A stretch of 64,000 bases of DNA from Mytilus californianus (taxonomy: Eukaryota). Location of the stretch: positions 109,988,001-110,052,000 of the forward strand of contig NW_026262581.1 of assembly GCF_021869535.1 (NCBI RefSeq). The letters are read 5' to 3'. The notes under the pieces are model-generated. The model saw only the letters and a list, made by a program, of their open reading frames with translations, was not told the DNA's origin and did no database searches. Every line of letters starts with the position of its first letter. The stretch's first letter is position 1. Made by a program: the position numbers and the translations under genes. Of this stretch, positions 32,303 to 46,700 are shown piece after piece.

Positions 32303-32439
32303 GGGGTGACACGGGGTGCTCATTTCCCAAATCCCACTTTTTCGGAATTTTTTCCCACTTCCCACTTTTTTCCTTCTTTTTCCCAGATCCCACTTTTTTA
32401 ACCCTCTATATCTAACATCCCAAAAGCGTGTCACACCCC
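32303..32439. mobile_element. Small MITE, possibly PIF/Harbinger-type
   Basis: Ends ggggtgacacg / cgtgtcacacccc, flanks TGA / TAA, internal 'tcccacttttt' repeats. Confidence 0.45.
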
Positions 32440-34659
32440 TAATTAATCTCAGAGTCTAATATGTAATTTGCTTTCATGTTTTTCACAAAATGGGATTAAA
32501 GAACATGCTATTATTCTTTTAAATATAATCAAATATAGGTTTATTTCTTTTTTAAATGTAGTGTTTTAATGTAAATACGATAAAAAAAAAATATATCTAC
32601 CTTATCTTTGATTTTCCAGTGCTTTCTTTTGAAAAAACAATTTAGGAAGTGGAACAGATTTTAGCTTTCATCTTTAAGAGGTTATTATTGCATTTGTAAT
32701 AGGACAGCTCAGATTGAGTGAAAATAAACAATAAAATAGTTGTGAACGTCAAGGACCTTGCTCTAATAGAAATATGGACAAATTATTAGTTTGACAATAG
32801 TTATCTTCCTTGATTATAGTGCATTCTATTAGAAAACATCAAACGCACATGTCTAATAAAACAGAAAATCAACAAATCTGAAAATAAATGTTTTAAACAA
32901 ATACAAAAGGCACATTTAAGAATATAAAAAATAACAATTTTAATCAATTGCCAACAGAATTTAGTTTTTTTACATGAAGTTTTATATTGTACTTGTATCG
33001 TAAAACATAATTCATTCATTGGGACAAGGAGTGGAAAATTTACTGCTCTTAGTACAAAGCCTATATTTTTTATTGTTTGAAAAATATAAAAACAAGAAGA
33101 AAATTCAAGCAAACTATATAAACGTACCTTTTGGTTGAAAATATTCCACAAAGAATGAAAGCCTTTATTATGGTGTAACAAATATCATTGGCAAAGTTAT
33201 GGTTATTTATTTGATTTACTATTGATTTCAACGTTTGAACAGTTATCAAAAAGTCGTTTTTAAGTCAAGAAGAAAGTGATAAATGCTTCCGAAATACCAT
33301 ATTTGTTTTCCATACCAAGGGTTTAATCTTAACTTTGTCAACAATGGATTAAAACTACGCATACATGATTGCATGTTTCTGAATATTACATATAATTTCT
33401 ACGTTTTATTTTCAAAGTCAGATTATTTGGAGATATAGTACTTTTATTTGTAGTTTTAAAGTACACACTGAATTTGTCAGTACTGTGGTGAATATTAACA
33501 TGAGTGTCCAATATTTTAAATGGTGTATTCGCAATAATAATGTTATTGTAGACACTTCATGAATAACAGGAGATAATACGTAGACCTTCCCTTTGGTATC
33601 TTTCGCTTCTCTTTCAATACAACAGATTAATGGAGAAGAATAGAGAATCAACCAAGACACAATAAATAATATCTGCGATGAAGTTCAAAACGACATGCAC
33701 ACATGCAAAAATAAGCCAAATGCGATATTACTTAGAAAATCTAATAATGCACCCGTATTTAAAGCTGTCACAAAATTTCGCAAATTTCAAAAAAGTTTTA
33801 CCCGAGTATGTGACAAACGTAAACCCAAACATAATGTGATAAGATCCACCATAGTCTCGTATTAGTTTTATCATTATTTATTTTTATCTATTTATATTTT
33901 TCCGGGCCCCGGACATTTAAACGAAAAATTCAAAACTACTATAGTGAACAGTTCAGCGCTGACATTTAAGCCCATTTTATCGCCTTTAAATCCGTTCACC
34001 GGTATTTTCAATAGCCCATTTTATATGAAACTTACCAAGTCTAACCGTTTCTTATGTTTGGTTAGTTTAACGTGGAAGTAAATGTAATTGAAACAAATCC
34101 GAAAGGAGGCGTACTATGTGAAAGATCGATAAAGCATTTAAAGGCCAAGAAATTCGATAATATTATATAAAGAGAAGGAATAGTTCTTACTGCAATTCCA
34201 TGATCAGAGGGAATATAGTAAGATTCAAATATATGTACTATCCCTGATATATAGATTCCAAGCTAGAACATTTTTGTAATTATTGAGATCAGAAATGGAT
34301 GGCTTAAAAGACATCATTGGCTTCGTTGACATTTGTCGTACGTTGACCTCTGTCATTAAGTTATTCGCATCGTCGGGTTGATTTATCAATGACGTATACC
34401 CCACATCTCCTTTTATTCACAAACTCACGGTATGGTATAAAAAATCGAAAGTAAAAATCACTTTCAAACATTTATATTGATAAGACTTGATCGGTTTTCG
34501 TGTTTATGTGCTTGCGAGTAACATATCGAGCAGCTCGTCTTTGCACCTATTCATTTTTTGATAATATATTTGGCTTTGCTGGTATGGTTCAAATGTATAC
34601 TGTCCTGACCTATTCCATTGTGGTCTTACTAATGTTTTATTAGAGAATTTACAATAACT

Positions 34660-35104
34660 GTCGGACTCAAACCCCCAAGAGTGGCTGTGAAATAGAAATA
34701 TGGTCACCATTTGTCCTCCTCCGAGCGGCAGTAAAAACCTCGCCAAAGTGAGGCGTCCGTTTGGCTGTGCGGGATGTACAAGTTCGCGGCCACATCCGGT
34801 CAGAATGGGGACGTTTCAATCCGATGCCTCGTGTAAAGAGAGTAACACGCTCTTTGCACTTTAAGAACCCTTGCAACAACTCTTTGAGGGGTCCGTAGGT
34901 GGCCTGTTGCACGGCTAAATTTCTGTCCCTATCCAATACATCCTCATTTTCCTGTGGCAGTCCAAATTCACCTACCTTCATTCCGGACGGCCTCTATTAC
35001 ATGACCAACCTATTGTATTTATTTTGTTAATTTGTTTTCGTCCTGAACATGCATGAACTATTTGCCACTGGACGTTAAGCAACCATCAATCAATCAATCA
35101 ATCG
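34660..35104 (+). mobile_element. SINE with Deu-domain-like centre and (CAAT)n tail
   Basis: 'gggacgtttcaatccgatgcctcgtgt...ttaagaacccttgcaacaactctt...ggctaaatttc' resembles the Deu domain as I recall it; tail atttgccactggacgttaagcaaccatcaatcaatcaatc. Confidence 0.6.
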
Positions 35105-36072
35105 GACTCGGAGTACGAGTACGAGTAAGACTACAAATCTTACAGGTAAACATTGTACTTTAATCATTATAGTACAAAACAAAATGTATTAATAGAAAAG
35201 TTGTTTTCAGTGATTGGCAAAAATACCACAAAGTTCAACTATGGCTTTAAGTTTGTTGATTTTTAATGAAAATTGATCGTGAAAGATCAGGCAACGCATT
35301 ATGTTGATCGTGAAAGACAAGGCGTGACCAGACTTAATGATCAGAAAACAACATGTATTTTTCAAATTGACATACTTGTAACTGGTTGAAGCGTGTAATT
35401 ACTTACTAAGAACGTAAATTAATGATTTATTTTTTTTAATGATATATATATACATATAAACCCATCTTTGTATTTATAATGCTAAATCTGACAAAAGCAG
35501 AAATTTTCAGAAAGTTGAGATTTACTTATTATCTGTTTACATCAAAACTGTCAGACGACTTCTTACAGGAGTTATTGCCCTTGAATGATGAATGATCATG
35601 AATTTTACCATTTATTTTTCTTCATTTTTGCCTATTGTCTTCAAAATTATTATAGAAAAAAAAAAACAGAATATTCGAATTGTAAAAATGATCAGCAAGA
35701 CAAGATCCGATACAAAACCAGCAATAAAACCAGGTTCAATCCACCATTTTCTACATAAGGAAATGTCTGTACCAAGTCAGGAATATGACAGTTGTTTTCC
35801 ATTCGTTTGATGTGTTTGAGCTTTTGATTTTGCCACTTGATAAGGGACTTTCCGTTTTGAATTTTCCTTGGAGTTCGGTATTTTTGTTAATTTACTTTAT
35901 ACAAATAAGTCAAATGATTGACATCGTCCGACGACTCCTTATTGGAGTTATTGCTTTTAAAGACGATTTTACCAATTTTTTGTGTATTTGTCCAATATCT
36001 TAAAAACTGAAGGGCCTAATAGATAGATAGAAACTTAAATTAACAAAATAATTAGCAAGAAAAGATCTATAA

Positions 36073-36365
36073 GGGAGCTACCATTTGATTTTAGGGGGGG
36101 GGGGGGGGGGGGCTAGGATGAAAAATTGTGTCCTGCATTTTTTTTTAGTTGTAATCTCGGTCCTGCATTTTTATTTTTCACTTTAGTCGGTCCTGCCTTT
36201 TTTTTTGTTAGTTTATCATGACTTTTTATACATAATTTGTCATCCTGCCTTTTTTTTTTTGCCAAGTTGCACATCCTGCCTTTTTTTTTACTCAAAACTT
36301 CTTGTCCTGCCTTTTTTTCAAATTTCATCCTAGCGCCCCCCCCTAAAAATCAAATGGTAGCTCCC
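36073..36365. mobile_element. PIF/Harbinger-type (Tourist-like) MITE, 293 bp
   Basis: 20-bp perfect TIR gggagctaccatttgatttt, TAA TSD on both sides (36070-72, 36366-68), six internal 'tcctgc(a/c)tttt' motifs. Confidence 0.85.
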
Positions 36366-36369
36366 TAAA

Positions 36370-37338
36370 GGGTACAAGTCAAATCGGCACCCGGTCAAAT
36401 CGGCACCTAAAGAAAAAGTCAAATCGGCACCTGGTTAAATCGGCATCCGGTCAAATCGGCACCTATTTATAGTCAAATCGGCATTTAAGTGGTCAAATCG
36501 GCATCCGATAATATTTGATATAATATAAATAATTATGAATATGACTTGTATAAATGATCTTTCAATTTCTAATTATGTTTAACAAAATTTAGGTGGGATT
36601 TATTTTATTCATTAAATCGTTGAAAATCATCACATGTTAATTATTTAGCAGTTAGAATACATAGGCTAAGTTAATTTGTTTGAAGTTTTCTCAACATTTT
36701 ATGACTGATGTTTTGATTAGTTTTCTTTTCAATTAATTAAATAATAACTTTTATCAATTAAATAATTAACATGTTTGTTGTGTTAACTCTAAACAGGTAG
36801 TTATTGATGTTTTTTCTTCAAAAACTTAAATAAAAAAACAATGAAGCCATTACCCAAGCTGTTATTAAATCATGAGAAAATTAGAACCAATAAAAGGGAA
36901 AACTATGAGCCCCTCTCTTCACTATCACAATGACAGACGACAGCTGTATTAAGTGTACCAAACAGCATTAAAAAACCAACAATCATGCAAATTCTCAACT
37001 GTTCAAAACATGCATAACAAATATCCAATACCTCGAAGACATATCAGTAAGTTGAACAACAAAAAAAAAACATACTGAAATCCACAAAGATGTTTTAAAG
37101 TCAATATTTGTGGATAACACCTACTTTAAATTTTAATTGCAATCATTTTACTGAAAAAAATAGGCATATTCCACATATTTTACATGGGTGCCGAAATGAC
37201 TACATTAGGTGCCGATTTAACCAGGTGCTGATTTGACTAGGTGTCGATTTGACTATACCGGGTACCGATTTGACCAGGTGCCGATTTGACTAGGTGTCGA
37301 TTTGACTATACCGGGTACCGATTTGACCAGGTGTCGAT
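36370..37338. mobile_element. Foldback-like non-autonomous element with inverted subterminal arrays of 'gtcaaatcggcacc'
   Basis: 7 copies at 36378-36506 and 8-9 reverse-complement copies at 37186-37338 around an AT-rich core; a 53-bp unit is tandemly duplicated at 37223-37328. Confidence 0.75.
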
Positions 37339-37706
37339 AGTAGAATTCCTCCCATTTATAAATAGGTCAACATGACCAAATCTTCCGACGACTCTTTATT
37401 GGAGTTATTGTCCTTTAAAGAAGATTTTACCAACTTTTTTGTGTTATTTGTCCGATATCCTAAAAACTATAAAAAGATAGGTAGACACTTTCAATAGCAA
37501 AAATGATCACAAGACAAATCATTAGTAGATCTAGTAAAAATTTGATTTTCAATTCATCTTATCCCTTATCTTTAAACAAACATGCAGCAATAACCTTCGT
37601 AGGCTCATCAGGTAGCACCTGTCTCATATCATAGCAAATTTTAAATGACAGACAAACAAACAAAAACTTTGAATATCCCGCCTTAATAAACTAATAGAAA
37701 AAAATG

Positions 37707-37736
37707 TGACGTCTGTCTGTTATTCAAATCGGAAGT
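37707..37736 (+). promoter_or_regulatory. Putative CERK proximal promoter motifs: CRE-like TGACGTC (37707-37713) and ETS/GABP-type CGGAAGT (37730-37736)
   Basis: Both motifs lie within 50 nt upstream of the CERK ATG (37753). Function not tested. Confidence 0.4.
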
Positions 37737-37752
37737 AAACAATAATAATACG

Positions 37753-40700
37753 ATGGCAGACTATGGAGAACCAATTTTTCAGTCCACTCTTCACATACAA
37801 AAAATAGCACACCAAGTTGCATTAACCTCTAGTCATCTTATTTGGGAACAAGCATCGAAGGGTGGACCCCTTGACAGTCCGTCTTCTGAACCACTTTTTT
37901 GTATGTAGCTTTACAAATACTATTCTTCTTTGTCTTTTGTTCAATGACATTTTTTATCACTTGAACAACTGTTTTCTTCCTGCTGAGTGCTGTAATCCTT
38001 GACCCCTATTGGCTTGTTTAGTGTTATTTTACAATTTCAGCTAGAGATACAAAGATGGATTTTCCTTCACTACTGAATTCACAAAGTATAAAAAGTTGTC
38101 CTTAACAGGAATAGAAATTAAAATTTTCATTCAAGCAGTAGCCTAGTCCAAATAATTATGACACCTTGAAAGGCTATTTTAATTGTTTGCTGTGACACAG
38201 CATAGGAAGGCTTCACAGTAAAGAAAATAATAACCTTCAAGACATTATTATTATTTGGACCAAGGATCTCCCTGGATGAAAATTTAATGATAGAGGAACT
38301 TTCACCATGACAAAACCCCATGTCTACGGCGTGGCGTGATCGAAAGTATTTCATTCCTTCATTTCCATGTAAAGAATGGTGAACAGGCTGATATATTGCT
38401 TATTAGATTTATTGCATTATAGAATAACCAATATTTTCATTAATTGTCATTTGAAACAATTCCAATACCAAGCCTGCATACCTCCCCCTTAGTCAAGAAT
38501 GACCACAAGCTGTCCTTAAGGATCCCACATCATTGTCTTGCTATTTTGGTAATTGTTTAGGGCTTCAAATTCGGGGGAGTCTATTTTTCACTGTCAAATT
38601 CAGAAGTCATGAACCAGTATCGACGATTTGCAGCATCAACAAAAAGTTTCGTACTGGTTTTGTAAAACGTTGAAGACATATTTGGAGGGCAAACTTTTAT
38701 AAGTTAATAGGTTTTAATTACTTTAAATAGCAAATTACATAGTAATAAACTATTCAACAAACATCTTTCGATTCTGAATGTGAACCTGAAAACCGGTTGT
38801 ATTAATTTGATTATAAACTACGAAATGAATTTCGGAATTACGATACAAAATTTCTTCAGATTATCAAGTTGCAGTAAATTTTCATTTATTTACTATAAAC
38901 TTGTAAAGTGATTCCATATTATCGATTATTGCTGTACTCATGTTATTTTGCATGAAATTAGGTTCTGTTTTACGTCTTATTTTGAACTCGTATAAAAGGG
39001 GATGCTGATTGCGTAAGTCAATATAAAAGCAATCTTTAGCCAGATATCCCTCATGGCTTTAAAACTGTAATCCTTGGAATATAGTACAAAAAGCCTAAGG
39101 GTTATGCAATTACAAGCAATTTATTATGGGGGAGACTAGAGAAACGGAAACAAATTTTGACAATGGCGGGGATCATTTGACGATGGCGGAAGATAATTTA
39201 ACGATGTCGGGGATCATTTGACGGTGGTGGAAGATATTTTAACAATGGCGGTGCCCTCATAAAACAGGTCATGGAGATCCCTGTTTGGACTAGCCGAAGC
39301 CCAGTCAATAATTTTGTTGGCCTAGTGTAATATGATTGTTATATAGTTGCAGATATAAAGGTAGTCTAATTTGTTGAATTGGGGAAGATCCTCTTTGGCT
39401 CAATTAGAGCGCTGCCTCTAGATCCCGAGACTGGGAATTTTGAATCCTGTGAAAAATCAATGAATTTTCACAATATTGGCACTGCGAGCATCTACTACTG
39501 TCACATAGGAGTTTTAGTCCTATAATACAAACCTTCTTGGGTCCAATATTGTTTTCTTTTAACATTTTTTATAGGATATTTTTTTTACTACCAATACTGA
39601 ATCACAAGGACTTATGAGAAGTTGCCATTTTCTGGTAGCAAGTTTCCAACAAATTTTTGTGGGAACTTTGAATGGGCATTTGACAATGTTTTAAACAGTA
39701 TTTAGTTTACTTCTGTCATTATTATTATAGATAACCGTCTTAATTATTTAAATAAATGTTTTACCTAATCAAATGGTGGAGGTATATCCTATTTTGAAGC
39801 ACTTTTCTAACTTTCAAATGGTCAAGTGGATCATGTACCAGATGTTCCACAGTCTTTACTAATGAATAATTGGTAGAATATATTTCAGAATACTCCTTGG
39901 AAATTTTTTTTTTTTTTATTTGCGTACGTAGTGGAAGATAATACCTGGTGAAATGATTTATTTCTGATTTCTTCATAAGATGGTAAGCGAGCCAATCATC
40001 AAATTTTTCTTTATACAAAAGGGCGACTATATAGCATTCATAAAAAAAGAGAGGGGGAGTTAGGATGATTATATATATGGAATTGAATATTCTGTTCTGA
40101 TTATAACAGAAATGAAGTAATCATTTGCCCAAGACAGGTGGAAAATAAAGTAGCTTTCCCATGAAAATACATGTCAATGTTGGAAACAGTTATAATTTAT
40201 ATACATGAATGATGTGGCCTAAGGGGTATTAACAGAAGTTATTCAATATTTCAATTGAGGCGATGTACTTATGTTTTTTTATTGGAAAAGGTCATATTTC
40301 TTTGATCTGTATGTATAATGCAGTTAATGCACAGTTCACTGGTCAAAACTAAAGTTATAAACGATAAACTGTAATTGATTCTAGGACTAACTCTATCTAT
40401 ACTACAAAAACTTTTCATACCTCATTTTATACAAATAATGAAGTGAATATTTCATGTAAGGATGTTACCTGAATTACCCAAATCAATATATAGAATCCTG
40501 CCAATTTATGCACTACACAATATTTTTCAAAAAGTTTGCAAATAACAGACCGTGATTGTGGGTCATGCCATGACACAGGCGCTTTAAGACTGGACCCCTT
40601 TTTCCTTTTCTTTTTTTCTCATTTATATATCTAAGACTTGAAGTACAATTTCCTACTAACTTATTTTCCTGTTTTCTTGCTGTTATATTTATGATTTAAC

Positions 40701-43700
40701 AATATAAGTATTTTAAAATGTTGAGTTGTAGCTTGTAAGCAATTTATACATCTGCCATTTATCCACTTCCTGTTGGCAGATAGTTTGAAATTTTACAAAA
40801 TTTTACACTACTACTAAATGTACAAGGAAAATTTTCTTGGTTCCGGGATTGAATGGAATTATCTAATATTTGGTCTGCAGCTTGATATGTAAAGTTGTAG
40901 AGTGTAAGCAATTTTTACATCTGCCGTGTATCCACTTCCTGTTTGCAGAGAGTTTGAAATTTTGCAACACTCATTGTACAAGGAAAATTTTCGTCACAGT
41001 TTTCTTGGCTTCAGTGAAAGGGAATGATAAGTTATGCTTCAGTATACAAGCAACCTCAATCAATTACAGTCAGCGAGGCAGGTCATGACCCGGTATTGGT
41101 CTTGTTGACTTTTATCCTTGCTTTGCATAAAGTTTCAGTACATTGTACCAAAACTTGAAAGAAATAAAATTGAGAATGGAAATGGGGAATGTGTCAAAGA
41201 GACAACAACCCGACCATAGAACAGACAACAGCAGAAGGTCACTAACAGGTCTTCAATGCAGTGAGAAATTCCCGCACCCGGAGGCGTCCTTCAGCTTGCC
41301 CCTAAACAAATATATATACTAGTTCAGTGATAATGAACGCCATACTAAACTCCAAATTGTACACAAGAAACTAAAATTAAAAATAATACAAGACTAACAA
41401 AGGCTAGAGGCTCCTGACTTGGGACAGGCGCAAAAATGCGGCGGGGTTAAACATGTTTATGAGATCTCAACCCTCCCCCTATACCTCTAGCCAATGTAGA
41501 AAAGTAAACGCATAACAATACGCACATTAAAATTCAGTTCAAGAGAAGTCTGAGTCTGATGTCAGAAGATGTAACCAAAGAAAATAAACAAAATGACAAT
41601 AATACATAAATAACAACAGACTACTAGCAGTTAACTGACATGCCAGCTCCAGACTTCAATTAAACTGATTGAAAGATTATGTCTTCATCATATGAATATC
41701 AGGCACAATCCTTCCCGTAAGGGGTTTAGTATTATACCATCATAACATATATGAGAAGAACATAACCCGTGTCATGCCAACAACTGGTTTTTAAATAAAG
41801 TCAGTTTGTTAAATTTTTTTAAAATCAGCTGTTGGAAAATTAAATATTCACATTGATGTTTATTATTCCATTTTATTTTAAAAGTTGATTATCAATTCAT
41901 GAATATTAAATCAATACAGAAATTTTCAATCTGATCAACTAGCCATAATAAAATTTATTCTTACCTACATTTAGGTCCATTCTGTGGGAACATGTCTGAA
42001 TCTACCATTAAAACAATTTATGCCAGCTCCATTGATTGTCTATAGAGTCACTTGAATTTTTGTATTCCTATTGGTCTTTCTTTGTAGTACAAGAATGTAA
42101 TATACATTACATGTATACATTCTGACTTTGTGAAGTATTCATGTATTGGTAGACAGTTAGAATATCTTCTAGGAATCTGAGAAATTTGTTTATTTAGTGA
42201 ATAATTTCCTAAAAGTCTTCATGGTTAGTGAAACATTATCAATATTATGTAACATGTTTATACTGCTGCATTTTACATCAAAATATACTATATATCCCTT
42301 ATTCATTCTTTTTTCTCCTTCCAGGTCATAAAAACGCTAATGCAGTGCCACTGAAAGAAATAATAAATGCTACACATGAAAAGGATAGACACAAGCCAAG
42401 TCAGCCATCGGTGAACAAAAGTCAAGGGACAAAGGCAAAAGATACAACACACCTATACATAGAGTTACAATGTCCATCTTTTATGGTTTATATATTGAGC
42501 AGAGGATCAAAACATAAATGGAAGTACAAAAAGCTATCCTTTGTCTGTCAGGATTCTCACTTATGCAGTCAGTGGGTCAGAAATATCAATGATGCTCTTG
42601 ATAATCCAGGTCAGATTCTTCAAATAAATGTTTTATATGTTAAAATAGAATTGCTGTTGAGAAACCTACACATTCACTTAAAATCTCCATATATCATTGT
42701 TTTGATAATGATTAAGGCAGATTATTTAAACCAATGTTTGTAAAAAAATCCTACAACATTTGAGGCAGAAAATACCAAAGTGACAATGATAAATAACAGA
42801 ATTATAAAAACATGTCAAAAAATGATTACATACAATGTACATTCATGTATGCTGCACCTATCTTGTTGTCATGGCAAGTCTCAATCGCTGAGAATCAAAA
42901 ATTAAAATAGACAAAAAGGTGCGAAATTTTAAGTCACAGACTTAAAAAAAAATAGTATTCAATGATAAGAGTGGGTGACTGTGACTAGCCTTAATCAGCA
43001 TAATTACTGATATTTATTTTTTGGTATAGGTGAAATTCTAAAATTAAATGAAATAACAGACTTAAAAAAAAATAATATTCAATGATTAGAGTGGGTGACT
43101 GTGACTAGCCTTAATCAGCATAATTACTGATAAGTTTTCTTGGTATAGGTGAAATTCTAAAATTAAATGAAATAACATAAAATTTAACAATTTTTTTTAT
43201 GCCCCCGCTGTAGCGGTGGGGGCATTAAGTTTTACCCTTGTCCGTCTACGTAAGAACGTACGTCCCACAATTTTTTCCGTTCTCTAACTTAAGTTTGCCT
43301 CAACCAAATGTTATGAAAATTATACACAATGCTTATTACACAAAACACAGATCAAGTTTGAATTTTGGTGGCGTCACTTTAACCGTTCTAGAGTTATGCC
43401 CCTTTAAAAATGGCAAAATTTCAAAATTTTTCTTTTCTTCTAAATATCAAGTAATTTTTAAAATTGGAGTTATCTTCCTTTGTCCATGATTATAGTTGAA
43501 TCAACTACAATCAATGCTTTATACAATGCAATGTTTAATTTTGACTTCCACTGATAAAACACAGATCAGGTTGAATTTGGGTAGTGTCACTTTAACCATT
43601 ATTGAGTTATGCCCCTTTATACATTTTTTAAATCGAAATATTGCAAAATTTTTAGTTTCCATTCTGTTACTTAAGTTTGCCCCAACCAAACATTATGAAA

Positions 43701-46700
43701 CCTATACACAATATTCATTACCACAAAACTAAGATCAAGTGCAAATTTTTTGTTTCCGTTTTCTAAATTTAGTTTGCCTCAACCAAATGTTATGAAACTT
43801 ATACACAATGCTTATTACAACATAATACAGATTAAGTACGAAATTTGGTGGCAACACTTTTACCATTCTTGAGTTATGTCCCTTTATAAACATAAAAATT
43901 GTTGCATTTTTCGTTTCCGTTCTCTAACTTTAGTTTGTCTCAACCAAATGTTATAAAACTTATACACAACCGTTCTAGAGTTATGCGTGTTTACAAATAG
44001 AAAAATTACAGAATTTTTAGTTTCTGTTCTCTAAAGTTAGCCTCAACCAAATGTTATGAGACTTACACACAATGCTTATTACCACAAAACTCAGATCAAG
44101 TTCAAATTTGGGTAGCATCACTTTTACTGTTCTTCAGTTATGTCCCTTTATAACTATATGATATGCAAGCGGGGGCATCATCTGTGTCCACATGTGGACA
44201 CTATCCACATTTTTTTTTCATCTGTTGAAACTAATATACTTTCAATTGAAACTGTTGTCATAAAACACTACCATACATACATAAGTACAACGAATGTGGC
44301 ATATGCACATTTTCTACCGACGGGGTTCCTGAGGGAACTGGCATGTGAACATTTACCACTGATGAGGTTCCTGGCTTAGGACAGGCACATGACGTGGATT
44401 AAACTAGTTTATTGATATCTGAACTTGCTCACATTTAATCTCAATTAAGAAGCAGCAGGGTGAAACTAGTTGTTGAGATCCACCCCAATCAAAAACAAGC
44501 ACAAACAAAACATTATTGAATAAGAAATATGTTATCGGAGGATGCTCACTTTGACATCTTTTAATCAAAGATTCTGACTGTTTTATTTCAGTTTTTAATC
44601 GACCAAAACATCTTCTGGTATTTGTAAATCCATATGGAGGTAAACAACAGGGACCAAGTTTATATAAAGAAAAAGTAGCTCCATTGTTTGAGATGGCTGG
44701 CATTAAAACAGAAGTTATTAGTAAGTACAGAAAATGACAGTTCAATTGATAATAACAAGAGATATGTTATACATTTGTGGAATTATAACTTTCACTGTAT
44801 ACAGTCATACATGCTAAACATCATAACAATGAATTGCCCTGAATAATGTAATCACAATTCCTTCAATCATATTTGAATATTAGGTTGAAAATCTTTAATC
44901 CACTTTTATAAGTTATAGTTATTAAACCAGATATATTTTAGTATCAACATTTGGTGCTATTTTGGAGAAAAACAGTAAAAAAAAAAAATTGTGTGCCTAA
45001 TGCCTACCAAATTACTCATGCTTTATTTTTACTATTCATTGGGATGTAGTTTCTTAAAAGAAACATAATAAATGTCTCTTTTATGGTGTTTAGACAGATC
45101 CTTCGACAACAGAATCTTAGTATTGCAAGGAGGAGATATGATAAGAGCCATTATCTGGATCATGATACTGCAAGAAAAAGTCAAGGCTTTCAATTACATC
45201 TATATTAATTTCATTGATAAACCAACAGGATATAACCTCGACGCTTTTGTACAGAAATGTAATTCGCTATGTTGAAATTTATAAACTTCCCCTAGAATGA
45301 CCACCAAACACATGTTTCAGTGACCTTTTGATAACTCCGGATTCTCATCAGGAGCTGCACTTAATTATACTATTTGCTGAACTTAATATATATTTAAAAC
45401 TTTCATTTTCCAGCTACACAGAGAGCTAACCATGCCAGAGACACTTTACTTGAACACGACCTTCATAAAGTTGATGGGTAAGAACAAAAAGTTAAGAAGT
45501 ATTATTCTATTTAAACATAATATCTACCCTAGGAAGGCAGATAATTTACTTGCAATTGATCAATGAACTCATGAAATAAATAAATTAGTAAAAGCAGCAT
45601 TACAGATAAGAGCTTACCAAAATTTAAGCTTCATATAATTTGACCTTTAAATCCATTTGGTTTTTTTAGCCGGAAAATATCATTCTAAGGTCTCAATTCT
45701 GCATCTAATAGTTAGTCTATGTGTCCTGGTCTCCTTGTTAAAACGGAACAGATGGTAATATAAATTTATTAGCCAAAAAATATTATAGAATTAATCAATA
45801 AACATGTCTGTTTTCCATTTAAACATCAAACATCGTAAATTGGTTGTTTTTTATGCCCCCGCCGTAGCGGTGGGGGCATTAAGTTTTACCCTTGTCCGTC
45901 TGTACGTACGTAGGTACGTACGTCCGTCCGTCCGTCCGTACGTCCCAAAATTGGTTTCCGTTCTCTAACTTGAGTTTGCCTCAACCAAATGTTATGAAAC
46001 TTATACACAATGCTTATTACCACAATACACAGATCAAGTTTGAATTTTGGTGGCGTCACTTTAACCGTTCTAGAGTTATGCCCCTTTATAAATGGAAAAA
46101 TTGCAAAATTTTTAGTTTCCGTTCTCTTACTTAAGTTTGCCTCAACCAAATGTTATGAAACTTATACACAAGGCTTATTACAACAAAACACAGATCAAGT
46201 TTGAATTTTGGTGGCGTCACTTTAACCGTTCTAGAGTTATGCCCCTATATAAATGGAAAAATTGCAAAATATTTAGTTTCCGTCCTCTAACTTAAGTTTG
46301 CCTCTACCAAATGTTATGAAACTTATACACAAGGCTAATTATCACAAAACACAGATCAAGTTTGAATTTTGGTGGCGTCACTATAACCGTTCTAGGGTTA
46401 TGCCCCTTTATAAATGGAAAAATTGCAAAATTTTTAGTTTCTGTTCTCTAACTTAAGTTTGCCTCAACCAAATGTTATGAAACTTATACACAATGCTAAT
46501 TACCACAAAACACAGATCAAGTTTGAATTTTGGTGGCGTCACTTCAACCGTTCTAGAGCTATGCCCCTTTATAAATGGAAAAAATTGCAAAATTTTTATT
46601 TTCTTCTAAATAGCAAGTTAATTTTTTTTAAATTGGAGTTATCTTCCTTTGTCCATGATTCAACTACAATCAATGCTTTATACAATGCAATGTTTAATTT

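Larger units (their letters stand above)
35520..37520. mobile_element. Dispersed HINE-type repeat units (~35535, ~35917-36069, ~37370-37520) interrupted by other insertions
   Basis: Three copies of 'ccgacgactc.ttattggagttattg..ctttaaa'; same family as 1690..2585 in the opposite orientation. Confidence 0.6.

Noticed and set aside
34504-34981. 80-aa and 104-aa minus-strand ORFs
   Set aside because: They lie over a SINE and show no recognisable protein motifs.
36378-37338. CRISPR-like appearance of short repeated motifs (also 39160-39250 and the 161-bp arrays)
   Set aside because: No unique constant-length spacers, no cas genes, eukaryotic context; explained by transposon subterminal or tandem repeats.
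45305-45360. Minus-strand CTGATGA...GAAACATGTG hammerhead-like motif
   Set aside because: The cleavage position is G (not NUH), and no stem I or clean stem II pairing is found.
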